Assembly (NCBI GenBank): GCA_965223015.1
Contig: CBDCVL010000010.1
Span: 216,086-280,085, forward strand
Origin: Vicinamibacterales bacterium
Lineage (GTDB): Bacteria > Acidobacteriota > Vicinamibacteria > Vicinamibacterales > UBA8438
Direction of reading: 5' to 3'
DNA length: 64,000 nt
The translations under genes were made by a program, and so were the position numbers. The notes beneath the pieces were generated by a model. That model did not search any database and was not told the origin of the DNA. It saw only the letters and a program-made list of their open reading frames with translations. Of this stretch, positions 1-8,697 are shown piece by piece. Numbering within the stretch: the first letter of the stretch is position 1; every line of letters begins with the position of its first letter.

Positions 1-158
1 CCGTCGCAGATCGGAAGGTCCCACTCGCGCAGGTCCACAAGCTCGGGTTCCGCCCCTAGCGACCGCACAGACGCCACAGCGGCCAAGGCAAGCCGATGCG
101 AGCGACTTGATGGGTTGAGTGAGCAGCTGGCGACGGCGACGGTCGGTGGCGCAGGCAT
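1..158 (-). CDS. NAD(P)H-dependent FMN reductase-like flavoprotein, 5' part only (continues past left edge)
   Basis: Manual minus-strand translation from ATG at 158..156 gives MPAPPTVAVASCSLNPSSRSHRLALAAVASVRSLGAEPELVDLREWDLPICDG. This resembles the N-terminus of FMN_red-type reductases. It is absent from the ORF track because no stop lies in the window. Confidence 0.4.
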   Translation of the reverse strand, partial: MPAPPTVAVASCSLNPSSRSHRLALAAVASVRSLGAEPELVDLREWDLPICD

Positions 159-217
159 GAAGCGACGAGTATACGACTCATTCGCTGCCACTGACGATGG
201 GCTGATAGTATCGGGTC

Positions 218-1096
218 GTGGAGGCTCGACTCTCCGTCCTGATCGCTATCGCGACGTTGTCGACTGCAACCGCATCTACAGCTCTCCAGGCTCCATCCAC
301 GGGAAGCGGTTCGCCTGCGACGGTCGGGGAGGCCGCCGGATTTCCGGCAGCCTCAGAAATCATCAGTCGGGCGGTCGATCGAGCACGTTCGCAGGATGAA
401 GCGGGCGCTGAGCTCCTCTATGAGTCGATCGTGTCGACCACGATTGATTCGCTCAACGGTGATGGCGACATCGTCGAGACGCAAACGACTCGGCACCGCC
501 GCTACCCGCTCGAAGGATCACTCTTCGAGGAATTGATCGCCCGAAACGGAGAGCCCTTGAGTGATGCGGATCTCCGTCGGGAAGCAGAGCGACAGGGGGA
601 GTTTAGGCGCGACGCACGGGAAGCAGAAGCCAGCGGCGAACGGCTAAAGACCAACGACGAACGGCAGATTCGGTTCAACGAAAACCTGATGGGCAGATTC
701 GTAGCCAGCGTCCTAGGCGAGGAGATCATCGCAGGTGAACGCTGCTGGGTAATCGCGTTCCAGCCAAGAGAAGGAAAGCTGCCTGGAGAGAACCGCCTGG
801 ACAAGGCTCTCAACCAATCTGCCGGCCGTGCGTACGTGACACAAACCGACTACGGGGTCATTCGGATCGACTTCGAGCTCTTGCGGCCTGTCCGTTATTT
901 GTGGGGATTGATCGCGTCACTCAGGCAGGCGTCGGGTCGCCTCGAGTTCGAACGTGTTGAAGACTCCGCCTGGCTGCCGCGGGCGTTCGACCTTCGGACC
1001 GACGTGCGGGTCCTCTTCCGAACCACCAGACAACACATCGTCCGCGAATGGCTGCAGCGCGACCGGGTCGGAGCCCTCACCGACACCGGTCTGTAG
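218..1096 (+). CDS. hypothetical secreted protein
   Basis: 292-aa ORF with a GTG start and a signal-like N-terminus (LSVLIAIATLSTATASTALQA). No family recognised. Confidence 0.55.
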   Translation: MEARLSVLIAIATLSTATASTALQAPSTGSGSPATVGEAAGFPAASEIISRAVDRARSQDEAGAELLYESIVSTTIDSLNGDGDIVETQTTRHRRYPLEGSLFEELIARNGEPLSDADLRREAERQGEFRRDAREAEASGERLKTNDERQIRFNENLMGRFVASVLGEEIIAGERCWVIAFQPREGKLPGENRLDKALNQSAGRAYVTQTDYGVIRIDFELLRPVRYLWGLIASLRQASGRLEFERVEDSAWLPRAFDLRTDVRVLFRTTRQHIVREWLQRDRVGALTDTGL

Positions 1097-1105
1097 TCGA
1101 GCGGA

Positions 1106-1303
1106 TCAGCCAGTCGAGCAGCTCATATCCTCACCGCAGCACATCGGTGACTTGACCTTGCCGTGGCCGTCCGGACACCTCGCGATATCGACCTTACTTC
1201 CATCGTCCTTGGCTAGCGTATCGTGGACCAGTTCCTTCCCGCAGTGCCCGCAGGTCATTGTTCCTACGCTCATACCGCATTTCTCACACGTATAGATCGC
1301 CAT
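1106..1303 (-). CDS. small cysteine-rich zinc-ribbon protein (65 aa)
   Basis: The internal ATG at 1303 is preceded by GGAGAGGAA. The product MAIYTCEKCG..CGHCG..CPDGHG..MCCGEDMSC has paired CxxC motifs. The longer 188-aa ORF upstream looks like a non-coding extension. Confidence 0.6.
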   Translation of the reverse strand: MAIYTCEKCGMSVGTMTCGHCGKELVHDTLAKDDGSKVDIARCPDGHGKVKSPMCCGEDMSCSTG

Positions 1304-1334
1304 CGGTTCCTCTCCGTTCATAGTCACAACCATT

Positions 1335-2384
1335 CTAGTCTTCAGCGCCAGGTTCGCGCTGCGAGCTGTGAAGATAACACCGAACGCGATGGCCCGGAGC
1401 AACTTCGACAAGGGCGGGCACGTCGGCCCGGCATGTCGGCGTAACATCCTCACAGCGCGAGGCGAACGAGCATCCGGGAGGGATGTCGAGTAGCCGGGGC
1501 ACCGCTCCAGGGACCGTCGGCAGGCGTCCGCGGCGACGCCCAAGCACCGGCACTGACTCGAGCAAGCGTCTCGTATACGGATGGAGCGGACGGGCGAGAA
1601 GTGTCTGGACCGGTGCCTGCTCGACGATACGTCCGAGATACATGACAGCCACCTCATCGCAGGCTTCCTCAACCAACCCGAGGTCGTGGGTGATATAGAG
1701 GACGGCCATGTCGGAGACCGACTGCAGATGACCGATCAGTTTCACCACCTGCCGTTGCAGCTCAGGATCGAGCGCGGTTGTCGGCTCATCTGCAATCAGC
1801 ACGCGTGGCTCCCCGCAAAGCGCCAAAGCAATGGCTACGCGCTGGCTCATGCCGCCCGAGAGCTGGTATGCGTACTCGCGAAGCCGCCGCCGTGGCTCTG
1901 AGAGGCCCACGCGCTCAAGGAGCTCCGCGGATACGCGATCGGCTTCGCGTCGACCAAGGGGACGGTGCAGCCTGATAGCCTCGCGCAACTGCGCGCCAAT
2001 GGTTCGAACTGGTGAGAGACTCCCCGCGGCGTCCTGGAAGACCATTGCGATCTGCCCACCGCGGACTCGGCGTATCCCCGTACCATGTGGGTCGAGTGAA
2101 GCAACGTCGACCAGCGCGTCGCGATCCTCATCGCCGTGAAGCGCGATCCGGAGCGCGCGCATCCGGCCGGGAGCCGGTATCAGCTGAAGGATGGCCTGAG
2201 CCGTCAAAGTCTTGCCGCACCCGCTTTCCCCGATCAGGCCAAGGGTTCGCCCAGAATACAGCGTGAAGCTGACGTTCTCGACGGCTCGGAGCGGGCCATC
2301 GGCGGCGCCGCTCCGGGTGTCGCGGGGAAACCACACGTGGAGGCCGCTCACGTCGAGTACCGGTGTCAGCTCGTGGTGTCGCAT
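1335..2384 (-). CDS. ABC transporter ATP-binding protein, oligopeptide/dipeptide (OppD/DppD) type
   Basis: Walker A GESGCGKT, ABC signature LSGGMSQRV, Walker B LLIADEPTTALD, and the OppD-type C-terminal extension. Confidence 0.9.
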   Translation of the reverse strand: MRHHELTPVLDVSGLHVWFPRDTRSGAADGPLRAVENVSFTLYSGRTLGLIGESGCGKTLTAQAILQLIPAPGRMRALRIALHGDEDRDALVDVASLDPHGTGIRRVRGGQIAMVFQDAAGSLSPVRTIGAQLREAIRLHRPLGRREADRVSAELLERVGLSEPRRRLREYAYQLSGGMSQRVAIALALCGEPRVLIADEPTTALDPELQRQVVKLIGHLQSVSDMAVLYITHDLGLVEEACDEVAVMYLGRIVEQAPVQTLLARPLHPYTRRLLESVPVLGRRRGRLPTVPGAVPRLLDIPPGCSFASRCEDVTPTCRADVPALVEVAPGHRVRCYLHSSQREPGAED

Positions 2385-2715
2385 GCTCGCTGTTCAATAT
2401 CCCGGCGCACGCGCTCCAGGAGCTCGAAGAGACCCTCGACGGTGCGTTTCACCTCGCTCCACCGACCGAAACGGTCAGCTCCTCATCGTCCGGGCGACAT
2501 GACGATGAGATTCTGGTGTGGTTTCTGCCGTATCGCAAGGTACCGGTGGAAAGGGAACACGCTGGAGCGGGGCGCCCGGAAGGCGGCGGACGTCAAAGGG
2601 GGCCGATTGAATCCCTGAAGCGTGTGGATTACGCCCGGCGAGGATGAAAGACCTTCCGTTGACCCACAACGGGCGGGCGCCCGACGACCCATGATATCGA
2701 CACGGGGAGTTGGAC

Positions 2716-2762
2716 AAAAAAAAGGGCTGCCCGCACGAGCGTTGACTCATGCGGAACAGCCC
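2716..2762 (-). terminator. rho-independent terminator downstream of flp
   Basis: On the minus strand, GGGCTGTTCCGCA..TGCGGGCAGCCC forms a stem followed directly by T8. It lies 25 nt after the flp stop. Confidence 0.6.
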
Positions 2763-2787
2763 ACGTTGGGTCCCAAGAAGGGATCAA

Positions 2788-2967
2788 CTACGGAGCAGTA
2801 ATGGCAAGAACCTGCGCCTCGACGTCGCCATACACCGCGTCCACACCGGTCCCGACGTTTGTGATCGCCGTGACGGCCACGAGCGAGATAAAACCCGCCA
2901 GCAACGCGTACTCGATCAGGTCCTGCCCGCTCTCATCGTTTACGAAACTCTTGAAAAGATCTTTCAC
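2788..2967 (-). CDS. flp: Flp family type IVb pilin (59 aa)
   Basis: Manual translation: VKDLFKSFVNDESGQDLIEYALLAGFISLVAVTAITNVGTGVDAVYGDVEAQVLAITAP. It has the Flp G/xxxxEY processing motif and a hydrophobic stretch. AGGAGG sits 7 nt upstream of the GTG. At under 60 aa it is missing from the ORF track. Confidence 0.8.
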   Translation of the reverse strand: MKDLFKSFVNDESGQDLIEYALLAGFISLVAVTAITNVGTGVDAVYGDVEAQVLAITAP

Positions 2968-3027
2968 CTGACTACCTCCTGGTTAGTTGAAGCCGGCCCA
3001 CCCAGCCTCGTTCTGGAGCCTCATATG

Positions 3028-3043
3028 AGCATTTCCCATGCCA
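3028..3043 (-). promoter_or_regulatory. candidate sigma-54 (-24/-12) promoter for flp
   Basis: The minus strand reads TGGCATGGGAAATGCT, against the consensus TGGCACG-N4-TTGCW. GG and GC have the correct spacing, about 60 nt upstream of the flp GTG. Confidence 0.4.
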
Positions 3044-3330
3044 AGAGCGGCCAATTCAACAGGACGCGGGGATATCGACCCGAACGGTCGAATCTTGTCG
3101 AAGGATTACCGGGGAAGTCTGGGGTAGACCAGAGAACCATTGGGCCCAATACAGATAACCCGGCCGAACCAGACGATTGATGCCGGGTCACGTACTCTCA
3201 CCCGGGCACTAGGCCCGTTCGAGTCATTCAGATCTGTAACCAAAAGCCGCAGATCGTATCGAGGGATGGCAGCAACGAGCGATCGCGCGCATCGGCGCAT
3301 CGATTGAGGAGCCAGTTGGGGTGCACTATC

Positions 3331-5283
3331 ATGATGCCTGTGCTGCAGCTGTCACGCCCGAACCACCCTGCCGCCCTCGTCGTTGCAGCTCTTGTGGCGT
3401 CCACCGCCTTGGGAATAGCCGCGGTGATCAGCCGCCCAGCAGTTACTGTGGAACACGACATTGACAACCGTCCAGCGCAGATTCTGGAGGACGGTTTCGT
3501 TTCGTCGGCCGCCTGCCGGTCCTGTCACCCTTCTCAGTACGAGACCTGGTACGGCTCGTTCCATCGCACCATGACACAGGTAGCCACGCAGGACACGGTC
3601 CGGGCGGATTTCGAGAGTGTCGACGTCGTTGACGTCCACGGGCGCCCGATGCGCCTCGAACGAAGAGGCGACGAGTTCTGGGCTGAATTCGATGACCCTG
3701 GCGTCACTCCAGGAAGCTTGCCTGCCCCGAGGATTCAGCGCCGCGTCGTCATGATCACCGGCTCACATCACCAGCAGATCTACTGGTATGCAACGGGGCA
3801 TGACCGCGGTCTCAACGTGCTTCCCGGAGTATTCCTACTCGACGACAGGCGGTGGGTACCCAGAAGCGCCGTCGTCATGCACCCGCCTGACCAACGCGTG
3901 GCCACCCTGAATGGCCACTGGAACGCGATCTGTATCGCGTGCCACACAACGCTGCCGAAGACGGCGTTCGATACACCGTTTGGATCGCAACCGTTCGAGG
4001 AGCAGTCGATCGATACGACGTCAGCAGAGTTCGGAATTGCGTGCGAAGCATGCCATGGCCCGGGCGATGTACACGTGCGTGCCAACAAGGGTCCGATTCG
4101 ACGCTATCGGCAGCATCTGAGCGGCGACCCCGATCTGACGATCGTAGAGCCGTCGCGGCTAGCTCCCGAACGGTCGGCCCAAGTCTGTGGACAGTGCCAT
4201 AGCGTCTGGGAGTTCTTCGATGCGGCTAGCGAGCGGGCGGCGAATGCTCAAGGCCTCCCTTATCGCCCGGGTGACGATCTTGAGGAGACTCGCTTCATCG
4301 CTCAGCCGATGCACAAGGGCGATGACCCGGTTTTCAGCCGTTTTCTACAACAGGACCCAGACTTCGTAAGGGGCTCATTCTGGGACGACGGCATGATCCG
4401 AGTATCGGGACGCGAGTACAACGGTCTGCTCGATTCGCCCTGTTTTCGGAACGCGTCTGACCCCGAGCACACCTTGACCTGCTCTTCGTGCCACACGATG
4501 CACAAGACACCCGATGACCCACGGTCCATCAGTACTTGGGCCAGCACACATCAGGTCTCGAGCGACATGAATGGCAACACCGCCTGCCTGCAATGCCATG
4601 CGTCTCTCGAAGCCGACGTGACCACTCACACGAAACACGCAGCCAACTCGACCGGAAGTCGTTGCTACAACTGCCACATGCCATACACGTCGTACGGGTT
4701 GTTAAAGGCGGTGCGTAGCCACACCGTGAGCAGTCCGTCGGTCACCGAGACAACCGAAGTCGGGCGCCCGAACGCCTGCAACCTCTGCCATCTCGACCAG
4801 ACACTCGACTGGACTGGCCAAGCGCTGAGCGAATGGTACGGAACGGCTCGGCCAGCGCTGAGCGCAGAGGAATCGAGTGTGGCTGCCTCGCTGTTGTGGA
4901 TGCTCCAGGGCGATGCTGGGTCCCGGGCGCTCACGGCCTGGAGCCTCGGGTGGAAGCCAGCGCAAGAGGCCTCAGGCACTAGCTGGATGGTGCCTCACCT
5001 GACCGAGCTCCTCAATGACCCGTATGACGCCGTGCGCTACATTTCGTACCGGTCTCTGCGCAGCCTGCCCGGCTATGAAACGTATGCCTACGACTATCTC
5101 GCCACACGGGAGGACCGAATCAACCAGATCCTCCCGGTGCTGCAAGCGTGGGAGGCGAGCCCCCTGGCACGGCGGCGTCTCGACCCCGAGCTACTTGTCA
5201 ACGCCGACGGCACTCTGAGGACCGACGTGATGCGGCAGCTCTTTGACCGCCGCGACAATCGGCGACTCTTTCTGAGAGAGTGA
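3331..5283 (+). CDS. membrane-anchored octaheme c-type cytochrome with C-terminal HEAT-like repeats
   Basis: Eight CxxCH motifs (CRSCH, CIACH, CEACH, CGQCH, CSSCH, CLQCH, CYNCH, CNLCH), an N-terminal TM/signal anchor, and a C-terminal HEAT-like segment (LLNDPYDAVRYISYRSL). The start is placed at the second Met cluster; the ORF opens at 3304. Confidence 0.85.
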   Translation: MMPVLQLSRPNHPAALVVAALVASTALGIAAVISRPAVTVEHDIDNRPAQILEDGFVSSAACRSCHPSQYETWYGSFHRTMTQVATQDTVRADFESVDVVDVHGRPMRLERRGDEFWAEFDDPGVTPGSLPAPRIQRRVVMITGSHHQQIYWYATGHDRGLNVLPGVFLLDDRRWVPRSAVVMHPPDQRVATLNGHWNAICIACHTTLPKTAFDTPFGSQPFEEQSIDTTSAEFGIACEACHGPGDVHVRANKGPIRRYRQHLSGDPDLTIVEPSRLAPERSAQVCGQCHSVWEFFDAASERAANAQGLPYRPGDDLEETRFIAQPMHKGDDPVFSRFLQQDPDFVRGSFWDDGMIRVSGREYNGLLDSPCFRNASDPEHTLTCSSCHTMHKTPDDPRSISTWASTHQVSSDMNGNTACLQCHASLEADVTTHTKHAANSTGSRCYNCHMPYTSYGLLKAVRSHTVSSPSVTETTEVGRPNACNLCHLDQTLDWTGQALSEWYGTARPALSAEESSVAASLLWMLQGDAGSRALTAWSLGWKPAQEASGTSWMVPHLTELLNDPYDAVRYISYRSLRSLPGYETYAYDYLATREDRINQILPVLQAWEASPLARRRLDPELLVNADGTLRTDVMRQLFDRRDNRRLFLRE

Positions 5284-5768
5284 CCCGCACCGTGAACGAC
5301 CCTCTCGCATACGCCCGGAAGCACGTGCGGTTTGGATGGTGGTCGCTTCTCGCCTTCCTGACACTTGGCTTTGCGCTTGAGGTGCTCCATGGCTTCAAGG
5401 CCCAGATGTACCTCGACGTGTCCAACGAAACGCGACGCCTGATGTGGACGCTGGCACACGCACACGGATCATTGATCAGTCTGATCCACGTCGTGTTCGG
5501 GGTCTGTCTTCGCACAATTCCCGAGCTGGAGACGAACAATCTACGCCACACGTCGCTGAGCCTCGTTGCTGCCAGCGTTCTGCTACCCGCCGGCTTCTTC
5601 CTGGGTGGCGTGACGTTTTACAGCGGAGATCCCGGCATCGGGATCGTGCTAGTACCGATCGGCGCGGCGCTACTGGGAGTTGCGGTGTACCTTATCGCGG
5701 GCTCAGCGGCAGGAATGAACCGGAGTCAGAAGTCCGGGCGGGCCACCGAAGCCAAGCGGCGCAACTAG
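5280..5768 (+). CDS. integral membrane protein (about 4 TM), translationally coupled to the cytochrome gene
   Basis: The GTG start overlaps the upstream TGA (GTGA). Several hydrophobic segments are present. No family recognised. Confidence 0.6.
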   Translation: MTRTVNDPLAYARKHVRFGWWSLLAFLTLGFALEVLHGFKAQMYLDVSNETRRLMWTLAHAHGSLISLIHVVFGVCLRTIPELETNNLRHTSLSLVAASVLLPAGFFLGGVTFYSGDPGIGIVLVPIGAALLGVAVYLIAGSAAGMNRSQKSGRATEAKRRN

Positions 5769-5897
5769 CGCAAGCCGGAGCGATTCGCCACAGAAGACTC
5801 ACGCGTTTTCCACATCCGTGTCGCGAGGGCGCGCACGGCGCGCCCCGCCGGAGCGGCGCGGGGCAGTGCCCCGCGCGCGAGCGACGGCGAGGGGCTT

Positions 5898-5911
5898 GGG
5901 GCTCGAGCCCC
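5898..5911. terminator. GC-rich palindrome between convergent genes (possible bidirectional terminator region)
   Basis: GGGGCTCGAGCCCC is a perfect palindrome. More GC hairpins lie at about 5830-5880 (GGGGCAGTGCCCC). No U-tract is present. Confidence 0.3.
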
Positions 5912-5924
5912 ATCTAGAGATGCC

Positions 5925-6950
5925 CTAGTCAGTCACGGTAATCGTTACGTCTCCCGGCGTCTTAAGCATCGAGTCACTCGCCCACGCACGCAGCGTGTAC
6001 GTGCCGGATTCGCTGAACCTGACAACCGTCTCAAACGTCGCCGAGGTCAACCCATCGCCGTCGACACTGGTCGATTCACGCGCTGCATTCTGAGTACTCC
6101 CGAGTCTGGCGGACGGCGCGCCTTCGTCTCCTCCTTCAGACAGCGCGCGCTGATAGCCCGACGGCTCGAACTCAGCGGCGGCAGGTCCTCGGTACACCAC
6201 CCACAACAACGCCAGGCCGTTTCGCGGCGGCTGTGGCCGTCGATACGACTGCACGTTGTCCGGAATAGCCGGTAGGTTGTCGGGCCGCTTCAGAGCGGGG
6301 AGAGGCTCTCGTCGCGGCCGGACGGGCCGCACCGGCGGTAGCTCGTCATCCACGAGCGCGCCTGAGAGCGTCACGGATTGTCCCACGGTCACGGTGGTGT
6401 GCGACGCGGAGACGGTCACGGCCGGGGACTGATTGCTGTTCAGGGTCTCCAGCGAGTGACCGCTCCCCATCCCTTGGTTCGATGTGATCGTGTGGACGTC
6501 GATCTCCCACTCGGGCTGCAACCAGCCATATGCCTTCTGCTCGCTGCCATGGTGCACAACGGTCCACACCAGCGCATCGTCGAACGAAGTCCCCATCGTC
6601 GCCGGAGCCCGGACTTCGAACTTGAAATGCTGGGTCCTGGGGTAGAAATACGCCGGCTGCCCTCGGTCTTGGTCCCCAGGCGAGAAGTAGTTGAGCCGAC
6701 CGACTGGCACATGCGGCTGCTCTCGATAGTTCCGGTTCAAGTATCCAAAGTGGAGCATGTAGCTGCCGTCGTCTTTCTGCGTCCAGCCCTCGTAGATCGG
6801 CTGGATGTCCTGACCCGAATCAAACCGCTGCTGAGGTTGAGCCACAATCGGGACATCCCGCGAGTCAACCTGTGCGACCACCTGACCCGAGCCTACGAGG
6901 ACCCCTGCCACGACTGATCCGATCGCGAGTCTATGCGTGAGAACGCTCAT
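5925..6950 (-). CDS. secreted protein, paralog of 34747..35592 (partner of the PHM-like oxidoreductase)
   Basis: Start set at MSVLTHRLAIGSVVAGVLVGS (signal peptide). The segment YEGWTQKDDGSYMLHFGYLNRNY aligns with FEGWYDNPDGSFTLLVGYFNQN of the paralog. The C-terminus looks Ig/PKD-like. Confidence 0.7.
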   Translation of the reverse strand: MSVLTHRLAIGSVVAGVLVGSGQVVAQVDSRDVPIVAQPQQRFDSGQDIQPIYEGWTQKDDGSYMLHFGYLNRNYREQPHVPVGRLNYFSPGDQDRGQPAYFYPRTQHFKFEVRAPATMGTSFDDALVWTVVHHGSEQKAYGWLQPEWEIDVHTITSNQGMGSGHSLETLNSNQSPAVTVSASHTTVTVGQSVTLSGALVDDELPPVRPVRPRREPLPALKRPDNLPAIPDNVQSYRRPQPPRNGLALLWVVYRGPAAAEFEPSGYQRALSEGGDEGAPSARLGSTQNAARESTSVDGDGLTSATFETVVRFSESGTYTLRAWASDSMLKTPGDVTITVTD

Positions 6951-7119
6951 CGTTGCCTTCCTGTCCCGTGGTTCATCAAGACGCCGGTTCTGGCTTGCCC
7001 AAACATCGCCGCCCGTTCCGAACGGGCGCGGTTGACGAAGGAATGCGCCCACAAAATCGAAAGGCCCCCTGCAGAATTGACCTGTAGAGGGCCTGACGTA
7101 GGTCGAGACACAACGCCGC

Positions 7120-7677
7120 CTAGTCGTTCGTCGAGCTTCTTGCCCTTCGTGCCTCGAGCTCGGCCTGATACTCCTCCTGACTGAGGTCAAACCAGCTGAT
7201 CCAACCGAACGCCATCTCGTCGATCGTACGATTCCCACCGCCGGCCCAGTTACTTGGATCGACGTTGCCACGGTGCCCACCGGTGTTGTCGTGATAGCTA
7301 ATCACGTGAAGCTTCGTGCCTGCCGGGTAGATCGGCTGAGCACCGTCCTCGTAGTTGTAGACGATATGCCAGTTGAAGTCGAAGTTCGCGCAGCTCACCA
7401 TCTCGGTTGTCGAGTCCGGATAGATCAACTCGAGACACTGCCGTTTGCCGAGGAAATGCATGTGTGGTTGAAACCCGGTTAGCCGACCGGGCAGATACAT
7501 CGTTGCGTATCCGTCGTGCCGAGTGATCTGCCCGGCTGGGATATCGAGCTCACCCGCCTGCCCGAGCTGTCTCGAGTACAGGATGTGCTCTGGCGTGGTC
7601 CCGACCGGGTAGAACTCGAAACCAAGGTCGGTTTGCTCCGTCACTTCAGTCCCCTCGTGAGCCGCGAGTTCGAGCAA
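7120..7677 (-). pseudogene. 5'-truncated cytochrome-c/PHM-like copper monooxygenase (C-terminal CuM half only)
   Basis: It aligns by eye with the C-terminal ~185 aa of 33310..34665 (FYP.., QPHMHFLG vs QPHMHLRG, FDFNWH vs FNFNWH, TIDEM vs TVDEM). The N-terminal CxxCH and HH copper-site region is missing. Confidence 0.7.
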
Positions 7678-8340
7678 GAAAGCACCGCGACGCTGATGGT
7701 CGTCGCAGATACGTCACTCTCGACGCGGTGCGGTGCGAACGGGACCTCCCTTGCGAAGGTGATTGCCCGAGCCGTGACGACGCTTGGTCTGGCGGCGGCG
7801 TTCTTTCAGGACCAGGCGGGTCTCGTGACACTTGACGGTACTGCCCGACGGCTGGCCGTGAGACCTCGAGTGGGAAGAAACCAGGTCATACATTGTCTGG
7901 AGACGTACCAGGCAGCGGTCTATCGGCGCCTTGAAAGACATCCTCACTCCGAGAGCGACCTGATCGGAATGCTACGCCGACCGTCATTCGTGCCGGTCGT
8001 CTCGAACTTTCTATTCGACACCGCGCCCGCTCTGTTCGACGAACTCGGCCAGCTCGCGGAAACTCACGACGTGTTGGTCGTGATGGTCGACGCCGCATTT
8101 GCGTACGACTTCCCGGCTATGTCCTCCGGCTGGATTGAGACGTACGACGTCGAGACGGGACATCGGCGCACGGTGTCGGCCCGTGAGCTCGAGGGACTGG
8201 GCCGGGAAGTCCGCGAGTGGCAAGACCGTACCGCGCTGGCCGCCCGTCAGATGGGGCTCGAAGTTGTACGGATCGAACCAGGTCGCGAGCACCGGACACT
8301 CTCAGACTGCCTCGCCGAACGGCGGTTGCGCAAGCGATGA
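7657..8340 (+). pseudogene. 5'-truncated DUF58 (vWA-like, MoxR-operon) protein
   Basis: Homology starts at VSREFEQESTATLMVVADTSLS (DUF58 pattern v.eFeeE...lllDaS). The upstream DUF58 motif region and any MoxR ATPase gene are absent. The ORF-track N-terminus (7516..7656) is antisense to the PHM-like fragment. Confidence 0.65.
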
Positions 8341-8697
8341 AGTCACCCCTCGGCGCTGCGGGGATTGCCCTCCTACTCATAGTGGTCCCTGGTCTTGCGC
8401 TCCGTGCGGTGCAACCTCCAGAGACCGATCAGGTCGAGGTCGATGCCCTGCAGTGTTGGCGTGACCTCCACTCTGGCGCGGTTCAGGTCGGTAAATCATT
8501 CACGATGACGGTGACCTGCAGCGTCGTCGAAAGCGACACGGCCATCACCGTTCTCGATGAAACGTCACTGGCACCAGAGACGATTGACCTGGCTCCCTTC
8601 GATGTCATCGAAGGCCAACGGTTCGCCGATCTGCACGACGGACTGTGGAGATCGTTCCAATATCGGTACACAGTGCGGGTTCTCGACAGGGATTTAA

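Noticed and set aside
2385-2715. 330-bp gap upstream of the orphan ABC ATPase, examined for remnants of OppB/OppC permease genes
   Set aside because: None of the six frames gave permease-like hydrophobic sequence. One frame reads protein-like for about 35 residues but has no start and no recognisable family.
2749-3180. 143-aa plus-strand ORF over the flp region
   Set aside because: It has no RBS or motifs. The opposite strand encodes a textbook Flp pilin with AGGAGG and a terminator.
7516-7656. N-terminal 47 residues of the ORF-track DUF58 ORF
   Set aside because: This part is antisense to the well-aligned PHM-like fragment and shows none of the DUF58 N-terminal motifs. The ORF is open there only by chance.
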